Below are positions 12,985 through 27,101 of a stretch of DNA of 64,000 nucleotides, in pieces. This stretch comes from Octopus sinensis (lineage: Eukaryota). Both the position numbers and the translations under genes were made by a program. Numbering within the stretch: the first letter of the stretch is position 1; the number at the start of each line of letters is the position of its first letter. Under the pieces are notes generated by a model. That model was not told the DNA's origin and did no database searches. It worked only from the letters and a program-made list of their open reading frames with translations. The stretch spans positions 18,538,001 through 18,602,000 of the forward strand of contig NC_043004.1 in the NCBI RefSeq assembly GCF_006345805.1, read 5' to 3'.

Positions 12985-13275
12985 TGCAATAAAACGATTT
13001 CTGTTCAATCTTCGTTCAACTCCATTTCTTCAATTCACTAATAATATTAAAATTCAATTATCCGCACCAACGCACGATTGCAACACCATATGGTTGTACC
13101 TCCAACCGTGCTGTCTTCTGCTGTGATTTTTGCTGCCAAGGTATCGGTTAAACTTTTGATTAATCTGCAACAAGATTATTCATCTTTCTATTTCACAAAA
13201 TATATATATATATATATACATATGTATATATATGTGTATATATATATAAACACATATATACATACATACACACAG

Positions 13276-13349
<74 letters not shown>

Positions 13350-13547
13350 GGAATCGCGTAACATTTCTTGATAATGAGAGGGTTATAATCGAGTTATTCT
13401 GTTATTCTAGACTATATAGTGTGAAGTACAAGTTTCCATAAGTGTAGTGATACAAATCTTGTGCTGTTAAAAGTGAGAAAGATATCACGTTCTCATTCAA
13501 AACCTCTTTGATGATCCCTGATTACAGAATCAGTATATATGTCCAGT

Positions 13548-13825
13548 AGGAGTAGTTGAAGTTATTTGTGAATGATAGGTGTATTCACATGGTTAAGAAT
13601 ATGTGAATCGTAGTACAGACCGCAAATGACTGTGTTGTTAAATATCAGCAGCTAAGTAGCTGATATGAAGAAAGGGAAGAATGGCAGATATGACTGAGTT
13701 TAGCGTTAATCCAAAACTGGAAAGGTGCGGGCCAGTAAGAGTTTCGTCAGCATACGCTGCAATGTTACACCCTTGCTGGAAACGTCCAATAAGGTATCAG
13801 AGAGCTAAACAGACCATAAGCACGC
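13548..13825 (+). repeat. ~280-bp direct repeat, copy 2
   Basis: Matches 10724-11008. Confidence 0.9.
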
Positions 13826-14307
13826 AATTTAATCAGAAAATTATCGTAAAAACTCAGCCAAAGAATTCGCTGATTAAAGCAATATATGTAGTATTTTCAA
13901 TGCTAACCAAGCGCCCTGTTGCAACAGTGATGTGTTGAACAGATGCAAGGCGTGTAAACATAAAGGCAATATTGTTTTTATCTGATGTAATCTTAAAGGC
14001 ATTATTGCAGTTGCGTAAGTTTCATGATTGTTCTTATTGAACATATACATAGTACGAATGTAGTCAGAAATATGATCCACATATCCGTAACCTTGGATAT
14101 GTTATACTTTAGCACCGATACTGAGTCCGGATTCTTTGGGGCCATAAGATTTTATTGGTGTATATTTGTGATTTTGTCAGTTTCTGAGACATTTGCGTTT
14201 TATGATTTCTCTATTGCCCCTGATGTATTTGACAGACAAAACGGGCCTAAATTATTTTCTAGATTGATAGAATAGCCTGCTAGTGGATGATATTGAATAA
14301 CTTCACT

Positions 14308-14309
<2 letters not shown>

Positions 14310-14391
<82 letters not shown>
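14310..14391. repeat. (GA)n microsatellite
   Basis: Direct inspection. Confidence 0.95.
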
Positions 14392-14394
<3 letters not shown>

Positions 14395-15894
14395 AAAAGC
14401 ACTGTATGCAGTATGGCTGTTCCTTAGCTGAGAATAGATCACTTGTCAATTTGAATGTTATTGTACATTTTATGAGGAACGTAAGGATAGTTTACGAGAA
14501 AACGATGTTCCCAATATGATAACTTAGAGATGAGAGGCAAGATTGACCTTCTCCATGCAAAAGACAACTTAATCGAAAAGCTGTTGGTAATTGAATGAGT
14601 TTGTCCTGCACCTGAAGCAAAAGCTGAACTTTGGCGATATTGGGCCAAACTAACTGGAGTCATTATTGATGAAATCCAATTGAAGGAAGTGAATGGGAAG
14701 AAGAAAGGACACTGTATTAACGCAGATAAATCATTTTGAGTAAAGTTTAAAGAAAAGAGTGCAGTTTGCTTATTAAAGATAAATTAGAAATAGGATACGT
14801 GATTTGTATATGAAATAGAGAAATAATGTTTAGTGGTTGTGTAAGAGATGATGGTGGAAATATGTCAAGGACTAGCTTCATAAATGCATCTAAGAAAGGA
14901 AAAATTGTCTAGTAGGGTGGCTAGTGTGGATTATATTTGACTTTGACACTGCAATATTGGAATGCGTTTTAGTATTGAAATGAAAAGGTCTTAATTAAAA
15001 AAAATACAAAATACGAAATACAAGAAAACGCATCCTGTATTAAATAAAATTTGACAGCAAAAGCGTGTACCTCCCTAGAATAGAACGTATAGAAAGCACT
15101 AGTGGCAATGACGCGGTTCTGAATCAGGAAGCAGTTTAAAATGGCAGTTATTAATATTACTCATTAATTTCAAACGGAAAACTAACGTTGTGTGCACTTC
15201 TTAAAGAGTCGTTTAACAATTTTTAGAAGGTATCAGCAGAGAAATGGAATCACAAGTTCTCTTTATGACGACAGGAGTCATTTTTATTTGTCTTTTAACG
15301 TCTTTTCTTGTTGCTAAAATATCATGCACTTTTTGTGTAGGTTTATTGAGTCAAGTGTTAATTTAGAGGTCTGGATGTATATTGTGGGTTAGCGATATCA
15401 ATAAGTCTTTATCGAATTTCCAGGGTGTACGCAGAAATGGGATGGATGTATGTAGCACTTATATGGTTATGGTGATTTGTTAAGATTTATAATTATTACA
15501 GTGTTTTCCTTTTTCTGTATGCTAGGGATGCTATAGTTCCCATATCATTTTACTGGTGTAAGTCATAAGATTATAACTATGCTTGGTCGCTGCCTCTAAA
15601 GATTTATTGAAACCAGTATTTTGTTTAATACATACTTTATTGACGATATAAGAAATGGAATGGAAGTCACGCGGGGTTAAGGGAAGACAACTGCACCAGA
15701 ACTTGGTACTGTTAAGTATTTTCGTTCAGCACAGAAATATTTTAATATTTAACGCTGACACAGATACAGATACATACATACATACATACATACATACATA
15801 CATACATACATACATACATACATACAAACATACATACATACATACACACAGACACATGCACACATGCGTACACCCATACGTCCGTATATACACG

Positions 15895-17450
15895 ATAATT
15901 GCTCCATCTTCCCAAATGATTACCGTCTCTATGACCTCCTCGTTGTGAATAACATTTCTGACATTCCGTCTATGACCTCTCAGATGATTATTCAGTGCTG
16001 CTGCAGATGTGCCTGGTTTGAAGTGTAGATGACCGATGTAACTTCCGCTGGATTGACTGGACATATTCACCCAATCTTGAGAAGGAGTACCCGGTCAGGC
16101 GTTTCAAATCTCCAGCATATTATGCTATCATTGAGGTTCCGATGACAACTCCTTGTAAGCCAGCGACTTAGGTTTTCGTGCTCAAGGCAACCCACTTTAA
16201 AAGTTTTATAAGTTACCCTTATACGCGTCCTTCATTTATCTCTTTCCAAAGCTAGTTCATCACTGTTCTTTACATTGATCTGTTTCTCCGGTCACATTTT
16301 ATGTAGTCTTTGTGCCTTTTTTGTAGTTTGTGCTGCGGATGCTTTCCTTTCCACAACTCACTGTAGAACAACTGCTTTGGAATTTTATCCTTTTCCATAC
16401 GTACAACATAGCCTGCCGAATGCTCTGAGTAGATATGATGAGATGCCTACGGCGTACTGTCCATGTTTCGGAAGAGTACAATAGAACCGTTAGTATGCAC
16501 ACCTTATAAATGCCCAGTTTGGTCTTGTTGGTGATGCTGCAATATATCCAGATTCTGTTTTCAAGCTTCCCAAATTCTACAGATTCTTTCTGAATGCGTA
16601 GATGCGCATCTAGGGATCTATCTTTCGACAACATGCTCCCCCAGGCAAACTAGTGTCAACTACATCAATCTTGTACTGTATACTACGATATCTGGCTAGA
16701 TATATAGTCCGCTTGGGGCAGGTGTGAACATTACCTTATATTTCTTTTTTCAAACTTATTTTAAGACTAAAGGCAACATGAAGCAACAAAACAATTTATA
16801 ACGTGTTGCATATCATCAACAGTATGAACCATGAAGTTAATATCATCTGCATAATAGGAGTTTCCTAATCAAAGTTTCAAACGCTTCCTATATTAAGTTG
16901 AACCTTCTCCAGTTGAAGACTTTCCAGTAACTCTGAACTCCGAGAAGAAAGACACCAGTGCAGTCGTGGAATGCACGCATAAGTAGAACAGCAGAAAATA
17001 TTGTAAAGAGTGTGGGAGCAGGAATATCACCTTGCTTTACTGCAATAATAATTTGCCTGTGTTAAAATTGAAGTCTTTCTCACGTATTAATTGATCTTTT
17101 TCTTTTGAAATTGATAATAGTTGGAATACTAGAATGTAGAATAAGCATTTGTTTTCATGTTGTTCGCGGTGATTTAGCAGGTATAAATATGCAATCCAGA
17201 TTTGGTAAAGTATTGCCTGTACATTCTAACCATTATCATTGTACACAAACTCCATATGTTAGAGGAATTAGAATCATCAAAACAGAATAGTGTCGAGGTT
17301 TTTCCCACTGACATCTAAAAACACTTCTTCACAGTCAAATCTCTCGCCACTCCATACACTTTTTTAAGGTGACAAATATAACTGGTCCCTTCAATATTGA
17401 TTCATTGCTGATTTTGGTCTTTTTTTTTTCGTAACTCAGTGGGAATCCAA
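15895..17450 (-). mobile_element. Decayed RTE-clade LINE (RT and C-terminal region)
   Basis: VKQGDIPAPTLFTIF near 17000-17045; ORF 16299-16634 has KTKLGIYKVCILTVLLYSSETWT (RTE-type C-terminal motif); many stops and frameshifts. Confidence 0.8.
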
Positions 17451-18108
17451 TGGCAATTGAAAACGAAAAAGTAGGCAGACGAAAAGAAACAGTTAAATTT
17501 AGTTTTGTACTCTAACGTGTCTGATAAATCACACCCACATACACATACCACAATAATTCAACATTGCGTTGAATCAAAATTGATAATTTTCTGTATGATG
17601 GTATAGTCTGCATGCGATCGGAATCCTCCGAAGACGTCGATGTAGAACGGCATGAATATTGTATTGAATTGTTTTCCGATTTAATATACTAATGAAGATT
17701 TTGTTTCATATATTGTAGAACTTATAGTCTAAAGATTAAACGGTAAGCATTATTTAAGATTTAATTTAAAGTATAATCCTGAAATGGAATAAATACTTCA
17801 TTTGAAGACGATGCTCATAGACATTATCAGTTTGACTGGAATGGTACATTAAGATTTGGTTAGTTAAGGAACCAGTTTGTCTAACAAAAACATAGACGGA
17901 AAAAGCTAACGTGAATATTGTTTAATTTATTTTGAAACATCACAGAAAGTTACGTAATAAGTTATACATTAATTATGTGCAGTGTTCATTGTTTAAGAGG
18001 CCTTTGCATGACATTCTATACCCAATGACATGCTTCTCTACATATGTATGTGCGTATGTATGTATACAAACTAATACATATCCATGCATACATAAACACA
18101 CACATATA

Positions 18109-18139
<31 letters not shown>

Positions 18140-18201
18140 TTATAAGTGTTTGTGTGTTGTGTTTGCATGCGAGTGTGTATGGTTGTACACGTGTCTATAT
18201 G

Positions 18202-18260
<59 letters not shown>

Positions 18261-18755
18261 TGTATGGATGTTTGGAAATATATATGCATCATTTTTGCAT
18301 CATATATGTTCGTGTGTGTGTATGTACAAATATGTATATGTGTGTATGTGCATGTATGTGTATAGAGACGCATGGTGTAGATGTATATCACAATATACCG
18401 GAAAACACTACATATTATTTTCTAAGTAGCTGGTACCAAAATTGTCACTTGATAATGTCTTGCACTTTTCGTGTGTCATGTTGACTAACCTCACGTGAAA
18501 AGTAATTTGATCTGATGAGTGTTTTCAACTCTGCATCCTCTATGTAACTGGATTTATAAGTGGATGGAATACAGTAGCGAAACTTATTTTGTTTCAATCA
18601 CATATTGTCTTAAGCAATATTTCTATAATTTGTATGATAACAAAGTGCTCGATTTCTTTTCGCTGTTACGACAAAATGCATCATAGTATTTAGTTACGGC
18701 ATTTCACGTTCTAACTTTAGTTTACACAGGAATTAAACCTTTCTTTTCCTCCTAC

Positions 18756-18864
18756 CGGTGTTCATAGAATATAGTTCTGGCGGGTACTGGAGTTGGTTTA
18801 GTCGACTGCGCCATTATCACAAGTGAACCAGTGTACTGATGAGAGAAACCAATCAACAGCTCTC
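18756..18864 (-). CDS. Candidate internal exon, unknown product
   Basis: tatttatcacag|...|gtagga boundaries around the open frame (G)ELLIGFSHQYTGSLVIMAQSTKPTPVPARTIFYEH(R); no phase-matched neighbour found. Confidence 0.25.
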
Positions 18865-20639
18865 CTGTGATAAATATTGAACTTCAACTTTTATTATATC
18901 GACGAAATCTTACCAAATTAAACACTTCAAAATAAAATTTTGTCGCTTTGGCCATATTGCGTTATCCCTCTTTGAGTCTTTTTTAAGTATTTATATATTT
19001 AAAAATGAGTATATTGAGTATATACTAAGACCATCAAACTTCTTCAACGTATTTGATTAATATTCACATATCCAGAAGCTACATTGGCAGCCCTTCCGTC
19101 CTGACTAAGCGCGAAAGATTTGTATTGAACTATATGGATATATCGAAAGTCCTAAAGTAATTGACAACGTTCAAATAAAGCTTCAAGTGGTAAGTAATCA
19201 CCATAACCGAGAGCTCTGTTTTTCATTCGCTTCATGTTCATTTTGATGTCCACATACACATACCTGTTAATTCGTTGATCAAAAATGTTTAAAAAGAGGT
19301 AGGATTTAAAAGAAAAGTGGGGTGGATTTTCGAGACTGTTGATAGTGACTTGACTGATGTTATTCTTGAACAACTGCAGGCTGCTAGCTGCTGGAAAATA
19401 TGACCAGAGATGGAGTTCCAAGATTGTAAAGTTTGAGAAAAATGTTTAGTTGCTGGTCTGGAGAGGAAAGTGCGAATGAGGGACTAATGAGTCACAAGGT
19501 AGTACGAGAATAGTCAGATCCAAGGAGCAAAGGCTATCATAAAAAATTGTAGAAGGTGAACAATAACCTGTGGGTTGCAAATAAACCGAATAGCCTTTGT
19601 GGATGCAGACTATGGATGTCTGTGTGAGAAGCAACTGCAAAAATAAAACAGAACCCCCCCCAGAAATCTTCTTACTTAGAAGTCTGTTTCAGAGACATTT
19701 GCTGCCGCATCAGAGAAAATGAACGGGTGGTTCTATGCGAATTTACATTCCTGACTGTTTGCGCAGAAACATTTGTTACAATCCATATTCACCGATATCA
19801 ACAGCTTTCTCGTACATTACACTATATCATAACTTTTTAAATGTTCGTACATATATTTTTTATGTAGGCGTAGGTAGCTACCTTAACAGTATGCACACAC
19901 ACGCACACACACACACACACGTACGCATGCACGCACTCATGCACGCACTCATGCACGCACTCATGCACGCACTCATGCACGCACGCACGCAAGGACACTT
20001 TTGAACTTTTATGTGTTGTTTTCGGATCTTTGCCCGATTATTTACACTTATGCCGTTGCTATTACACTTACGTCGCTGTGTGTATACACACGCGTATATA
20101 TTTGTGTGTAGTTTGATATATACAGATAAATATCAAAATGCGCTGCCAGGAACCGAACTTACAACCTTACGACCGTAAGCGGAATACCTTAATCACAAAG
20201 CCACATACCTTCACTGCACACATACACGTGTACGTATAGGCATGCCTACGAGGTTAAGAAGCTGGCTTTATAAGCGCGTGTTATCAGGTTGAGTCCCACT
20301 CCGTGGCATCTTGAGCTGGGAAGATAGATTAATTATATGCATATCATTAATTCGTATATAACTCCATACCATGAGAAGAAAGACCTAGTGGTGTTTTATT
20401 AATAACGAGGGTGTTGCATTTGAGAAGATATTCTATTATTATAATCTAGGTGGGAGGCGTTAATTAGGGAATACAGGAGAGAATGAGGATCTACAGAGGA
20501 AGGATAAGATATGAAGATATTGTGGATATACCAATTTAATTAGGTATGAAACCTATGCTAAAAGTTAGTTATGCTAAAAGTAAGTGCGTCACTGCACTTA
20601 CACCTGTGGTATTACTTAAAAAAAATGTGGATACACGTA

Positions 20640-20965
20640 GAGATGGCCTCATAATAATTGTTTAATAATTGTACAGTGTTATGTGACAGGATTTGCAGAG
20701 ATTCCTTAAATAACTAACTGAGAGCATGGTGAACCTGTGTTAATGATGAATGAATGTATGCCTTGTGGTATATTCTTATTATTAAGGTAGTGTATATGCT
20801 CTGTGAAAGAGGTGGATTTACTGATTTTCGTATTTAAAAGAGTTTAAGTGTGCAGAGTATCTTTGTTTAAAATTGATAGTAGCTCCGAGGTTTATTAAGG
20901 ACTGTGCCCCTGTAGACCACATTAGACTTTCTGTAGTGAGCTTGCAATGGTCATTTATTCCTAGC
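20640..20965 (-). mobile_element. Degenerate Penelope-like GIY-YIG endonuclease fragment
   Basis: SNVVYRGTV...FKQRYSAHLNSFKYEN..STSFTEHIHYLNNKNIP, frameshifted. Confidence 0.6.
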
Positions 20966-21169
20966 TAAGAAGTTGCAATTGGATCTATGTGGTTTAGGAG
21001 TATTTGTACTCTTTCAATTTTTTTTTTATCTCCAGTAGTCAAAGGACTTAAAGAATAAGGTGAGAACACATTTATGGCTAAGCTGGTTTGCATAAATAAC
21101 GCAAAAATGAGCTAAGATAAAAAAACTGAGTGGCCAATGGCATATATTTGAACACACACACACACACAC

Positions 21170-21227
<58 letters not shown>

Positions 21228-21924
21228 ACGCGCGCGCGATTCCTTGTGCTTCCTCGTTATCAATGGTATTGCTTAATTCCCCATGCTTTATCCCAGATGA
21301 CTATTCAGACCTCTGGCAGATCTGCATGATTTGAAGCGTAGGTAAAAGACGTAAGCTGTAACTTTCTATCCGCTGTTTAAGTTTAGTTATGTTACCACTT
21401 TTCTATTGCCGTCGGACTTTTAGTAGATGGAATGACAACTGAAGTCACCATGGAGAAACATTTTGTACAACAACGTTTGTACAACACGTGTACCACTCTT
21501 TGAGCGTGATTTGCACCTAATGAGAAGCCAAAGCAAGATGACCAGTAATCACATGAAACTAACATCAGAGTGTTATCTCATAGAAGGATACTGTGAGAGC
21601 AGCTAAGGTCTCTCATGTCCAGTGGTTTCACTGAGCGTCCTGACTCTAACCAAAGGTATTTCTGCACCCCTGTGGTCAGATGGAATGTCATCGCATGTGC
21701 TAATTAACGAGAAGGACCTACTAGTTGACTAGCTCATGTGATAACATGTAGAGAAGCGCTACTTCTTTAAATTGAGAGATCACAGCTCCGATACTACGGA
21801 TGCGTGGTAAGAATGTTTCGGCGAAGAATCGCTGGACGGGTTTTATGGGAAAAAATCAATCGAAGATACAAGTATGGACCCAATGGACCCTTCCAGATGA
21901 GATAAGATGAGGTATACATACACG

Positions 21925-22004
<80 letters not shown>

Positions 22005-23514
22005 ACATTTATATGATGTAAAACTAATTTTGAGTTATTTTTAACATTTGCAGATATTGATTTTGCAGATATTGCAGATTCTTTATTAGATTAATCTACC
22101 TAAACTTTGTCAACTGAAATGAAATCTAAAATAAGAACATATTCGTTGCTGTGATCAGCTCGTATTAAAGGCAAGATTCCCTTGTTAGTACAAACAGTAA
22201 TACTGTCTTCTAATTGCAAAGGAAGTATCAATTATCAGCGAATTAAATACCGTTTTATCAGCTTTCGTTATGCTTCTTGATATTACTGTATAGTATAAAG
22301 TTTCTATTTCACTGTATATCTTCAACCTGGTCACTGATATATTCACCTGCATCTATCAACGTCAGCTAATCGCCAAAGGTTTGGGAGGAATTTGTTTCCT
22401 CGATCATTTATTTTGTTTATTCATTCTCCTTCATTCTAACGGTACCGTTTCTTGAAAACATTTTCATTTATGTATGGAAAGAATTAATGACTTTCACATA
22501 TCCTCTTGATATGAGTAATTTGTTAGTGAAGCATTTCACCAGCTGTTTACAGTCAGAGCAGGGTCAGGGCGCCGTAGTAAGGTTTGAAAATAATCTAAAC
22601 TTGAGGCAAATTCAGTATGTTCTGTATGTAGTACAGAAGTTAGAGATAAGAAAAGATAAAGTCAGCAAGTAATACAATATCAATTAAAAGAAGAAAACAA
22701 TTGATAACATGACGTCCGCAGATACCACAATTGATAATGAAAGAGCGAAAAGTTTTAAGAATATCCTGGAAGAAACTAATCATAATATTAATCAGGGAAA
22801 AAGATAAAGGAAACCGAAGCTGAAAGAATTGCAAGGTGTGCCCTGCAAAGCTACGTTTCAATTGCAAACGAAAGATTTAAGAGCATGGAATAATTTTTCT
22901 TGAAGAATCCTAATACAGTGGATTATAAGTGAAACGTTCTATGAGTATTGAAACAACTATACTGAAAGATTTTCTGCTGCCAACAAGCTCTCGATAAGCA
23001 CCAAAATCAAATCGGTATGACACATGTGGGTATCACATCTACATGCACTGATGACGTATCACTGCAGAATATGGAATGTATGCAGACGTACCTGTGTTTT
23101 TGGACAATTGCCCACGCACATACGTACAAGGAAAACAAAATGTATAATTTATATCTGAAAGTGACAAGGAACACGACAAATGAGAAATTATCAAAAGGGA
23201 GGAAAGAACACACACTCATTAAGTAAAGATGGCAATGTGAATAAATTAAAAAAATTCAGATTCATAGGCGCTGACTAGCAGTTTCCATTCTAAAAACAGC
23301 TGCCAGAAAGCTCCACAAAATAATTATTCTCTATAGACATTTGAAGCATAAAGTATATATCGTTATCGTTAATCACTCCCACACATTAAAGGAGAATACA
23401 GATGACAATCAGAGATGTATGAAGAGAAACAAATAACAGCACAACCTGCTTCCATCCATTTACCAAGGTCGAATAAAACTGGCCAAAAGATGAATTGTGT
23501 TAGTAAACAAGGCA

Positions 23515-24090
23515 TCCATAAATATAAAACAAAGGATATGTTTGTGTGTCTCTGTGTGTAGAACATGTGCATTTCTACAGTTTTCAGCCGATTTTCACCA
23601 AATTTACACACACATTACTTATGTACCAAAGATGGACACGGACTATAACATTTTGCCTAGAGCTCCCGCTTAATGCGAGAAACCAACCAGGCTTTTCACA
23701 TGGGTTTTTTTCTGTAAACACTGCAGTTTTCAACCGATTCTTTCCCTTTGACTTCTGTAGTTTTCAAGCGATTCTCTCCCTTTTCTCACTCTCTATTTAT
23801 CTTTTCTCTACCTCACTTACACCCTCTGCAATACTTCCTGTCTTTAAGTCTATGTATGCGTGTGTGTGTGTCTCTCTCTCTCTGTGCCATGCGTAAATAT
23901 CTTTGTCTTTACGCTATTTGCACTTTCTCACTACAAAATTACTTATTTAAAATTTTCTGCTCTCCATCTGTTTACACTATTTACATTTCTCCCTCTATCG
24001 AAAACCGTTGTGATACAGCAGATAAGCCTTCATTATTAACCAATTGAGAATTTAACCACGCCACTAAGCGTTCATGCGTTAGAAAAAGTT
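23515..24090 (+). mobile_element. Possible non-autonomous Helitron-like element
   Basis: TC start, then ataaatataaaac...tgtgtgtctctgtg...ccgattttcaccaaattt, resembling the 5' region of the element at 35481; 3' end not recognised. Confidence 0.35.
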
Positions 24091-24497
24091 ATCCTGAAGT
24101 GGCTCAAGGTTTTTCACTCAACCTATTTTCTTCTACAGCTTTATACGCTGAAATGGGGTTTGTAATTTCTGTCAACAAATTGACTTCCACGTGTGATATA
24201 TTATTGCTTCACTTTTATTATCTCAAAATTTAATTCCAATGTAATATTGTTTCACTTTATGTGTGTGTGTTTGCGCGTTCGATACGTACGGGATAGTAAA
24301 GGAGATTTTATACCACGATGAGGACGACGTCACATATATGAGTGTGTATGTGTCTCTTAGTGTATGTGTGTGGGTGTATGAGTGTGTATGTCTCTCTGAC
24401 TGTGTGTGTGTGTTTCTGCGTTAGGTATGTTATTAAACATCTATACATACATATACACATGTGACGACTGACATGTGTGAATGTATGTCTGTATGTG

Positions 24498-24617
24498 GGG
24501 GCCAAAACCAATGAGCTGTTCAAAGGTTTTTCCCGGGACACAGTGAAGATCGCAGGCGCCAGGTTCTGGAGCTATCTTGGGGCCGTGGCGAAAGCTGATG
24601 GTGACTACTCTGATTAA
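24498..24617 (+). mobile_element. Tc1/mariner-superfamily transposase C-terminal fragment
   Basis: ELFKGFSRDTVKIAGARFWSYLGAVAKADGDYSD*, similar to the typical ..RF.SR..AV..A.GD.IE* ending. Confidence 0.5.
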
Positions 24618-27053
24618 ACTGTTATATCAGCACCGTTTTGCTGGTATATATATATATATATATATATACCATATATATATACCATATATATATACCATAT
24701 CGGAGCCGATTTCAGAGATAGTTCATAATTTTTTTCTTTTGCCCTTACTTATAAATTGTTTATAAATTTAACCTTTAAAGGTTGAATTCCAAGGAATATA
24801 TATATGTATATATAGGAATGATTTATGTTGAAGATTTTATGTCGTGCTTCCATAGTAACCATTGTTTTAAAAAATATATTCTGTATGTAAAATTATATTT
24901 TACATTCACATCTATATTTTAGATAACTATGACCATTACATATAATTTACGAAGACATGATTCCACACACTCTGGAAACAGTTTTTTTTTTACTAATCTT
25001 AGATTTAAAAACCATAAAAATAAAAGCGGCATAAATGATATTACACATGAGGTGGTTTGGGACAAACACCGTAATTGAAGACCAAAGATAAATGGTCATA
25101 TACAAACATAATCCTGCCGCAACAGATCGACTTTGCAAACTTCACTTGGAACCACCATCGAAAGGGACTATTCGTTTTATCATTATACAGTAAGTTTGTC
25201 AACGAATGGTGGTAGTACAGGATATCTACGACACTTAATCTGGAAATCGATCCTACTTTTTTAACGTACACATGAGATCAACATAATTCATGTATATAAT
25301 GTGCTTATGTTCTATGTCAATTATGAATCCGAGCCCTGGAACAAAAGTCACGCATTCTATCAATAAGCAACGTCATTTTGCAGTGATTAGAACTTTCTAT
25401 TCTGGAGCCATTATAGTTTCAGCATCAGAAAGTAAACGCCCTACACTCGAGGAATGACAAAGCTTCCATTATGCATGTTGGAGTACCAGCCATATCCAGA
25501 TAGCTGTACTCAATCTCTAACATACCTTACAAATGAAATATCTGTTGTCTGTCTCCTGAAGTTGTGGTTTCTTTTACTTGCTTCACAGTAATAACTTTCA
25601 TTTTCTCATTGTATCTCCTTTTCTATTTCTCAACTTGAACTGTCTGCCTTGAAGTTCCTCACCAGATATTGAAATTCTTCTCAGCCTTCTCCGTAGATAT
25701 ATTTCCATTCAACCTCTATAGTAATTAATATTCGCTACTTCTATCCTACTTAACTATATTTGTTCGTATCACGAGATAGGATTGAAGTGTTTATGGGCAT
25801 TAAATTTCCTCTTCTGAGTAAGTTATAAATTAGGCTTTCTTATTTTTTAAATTTAAATATACAACTGCTACATCTATACATTTAATTGAAATATTTTAAT
25901 TTTTAATAATCTACGACCGGTTACACTTGCTGATATTTCATTGAGGGTAAACCGATTACTGTCTGATCGTTGTTGCCGATAACTGATCATTATTTGATCA
26001 GTGATTGACAACTCTCTTGGGTGGTAATTCATCTATATTTCGTAGAGCGATAAACAATACATTTTGGTTGCATTTTGTTTATTTACACGACAGTCCTGAT
26101 TAAGAAGACATGAAATGTATTCCAGTCGTGAATACTCTATTGTTTAGGATTGTGGCTATTACTCCATTACCTTCCGTGCCCTTTCCTTAAGACAATAGGA
26201 TGTGGTTTAAAGAAGAATACTGTGCCACTTCTAGCTGATAGTCGTTCTCTCGTTGTCTTCTACTGTATCTCTTCCGAGCTAGACTGCAATCAAACTAGTT
26301 TATAAAGCAAACTGTTACGATTTTCTTATCTATTATCGTACGTGCTAGCCGTCTATCAAAACTGACCGACACAACTATTTAGAAAAGGGATACAATTTCT
26401 TTCAGACCATAATAGAATAAAATAATCTAAATACAATGACAGATATTCCTCTTTACAAAGGCATGTACGAAAATCAGCATTGCATAATTGTTCCCCCCCC
26501 CCCATCTCTTTTCAAGGGAAGAACAAAGAAGCAAACCAAATTAAAGCGTATAAGTTACGATCTGTTAACCTTTTTCTTAAGCTGTGTGGTTGGAGTGTAG
26601 AAAAGATAGGGAAGAATTTTTTTTTATATTGTGTAGTAAGATAGATATAGCCTGACCTATAAAGAAATAACAAGGCGTTTACTTTTCCTGCACGTGCCTG
26701 CATCTTCGGTATATATAACTCACTAAAACTAAAAGTACTTGGTTTTAATTCAGAAAACAAACGACTATCGTGTTGTAAGAACGTGACAAAAACAAGAACT
26801 GTAAAAGAAATATTTCATTAATCTTCTTTTATTTAATAATCTGTGTTCCTTCAATGTCTATGTGTTTGGATATAGTACAGTTTAATGGTTATTTAATTGT
26901 CTAAACACTTAATGTTTTTACAAAATTCGACTTGAAATTTGAAATGTCAAATTTGATTAAGAATTTTGAGCAACGTACAAAATAGACTGTAACGTTCTTT
27001 AAAACACACACACACACACACACACACACCACACACACACACACACACGCACG

Positions 27054-27101
<48 letters not shown>

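Larger units (their letters stand above)
12598..13040. repeat. Long inverted repeat: 210-bp arms, 23-nt spacer
   Basis: Arms 12598-12807 and 12831-13040 are complementary with about 6 mismatches (checked by eye); (TA)n on the left. Confidence 0.95.

Noticed and set aside
17549-17688. Minus-strand open exon candidate YIKSENNS...RNVELL
   Set aside because: Phase does not match the 18756-18864 candidate; weak acceptor
18836-18850. CTGATGA-GA-GAAAC hammerhead-like string
   Set aside because: No stem II and no stem I/III complementarity
19080-19300. Possible PLE RT remnant (YIGSPS..., HFDV..IPV)
   Set aside because: Too decayed to support without alignment
19925-19985. 12-bp tandem (ATGCACGCACTC)x4 and other short arrays as CRISPR-like
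   Set aside because: No spacers; slippage-derived minisatellite in eukaryotic DNA
25003-25189. Strong acceptor and donor pair on the plus strand
   Set aside because: All frames interrupted by stops
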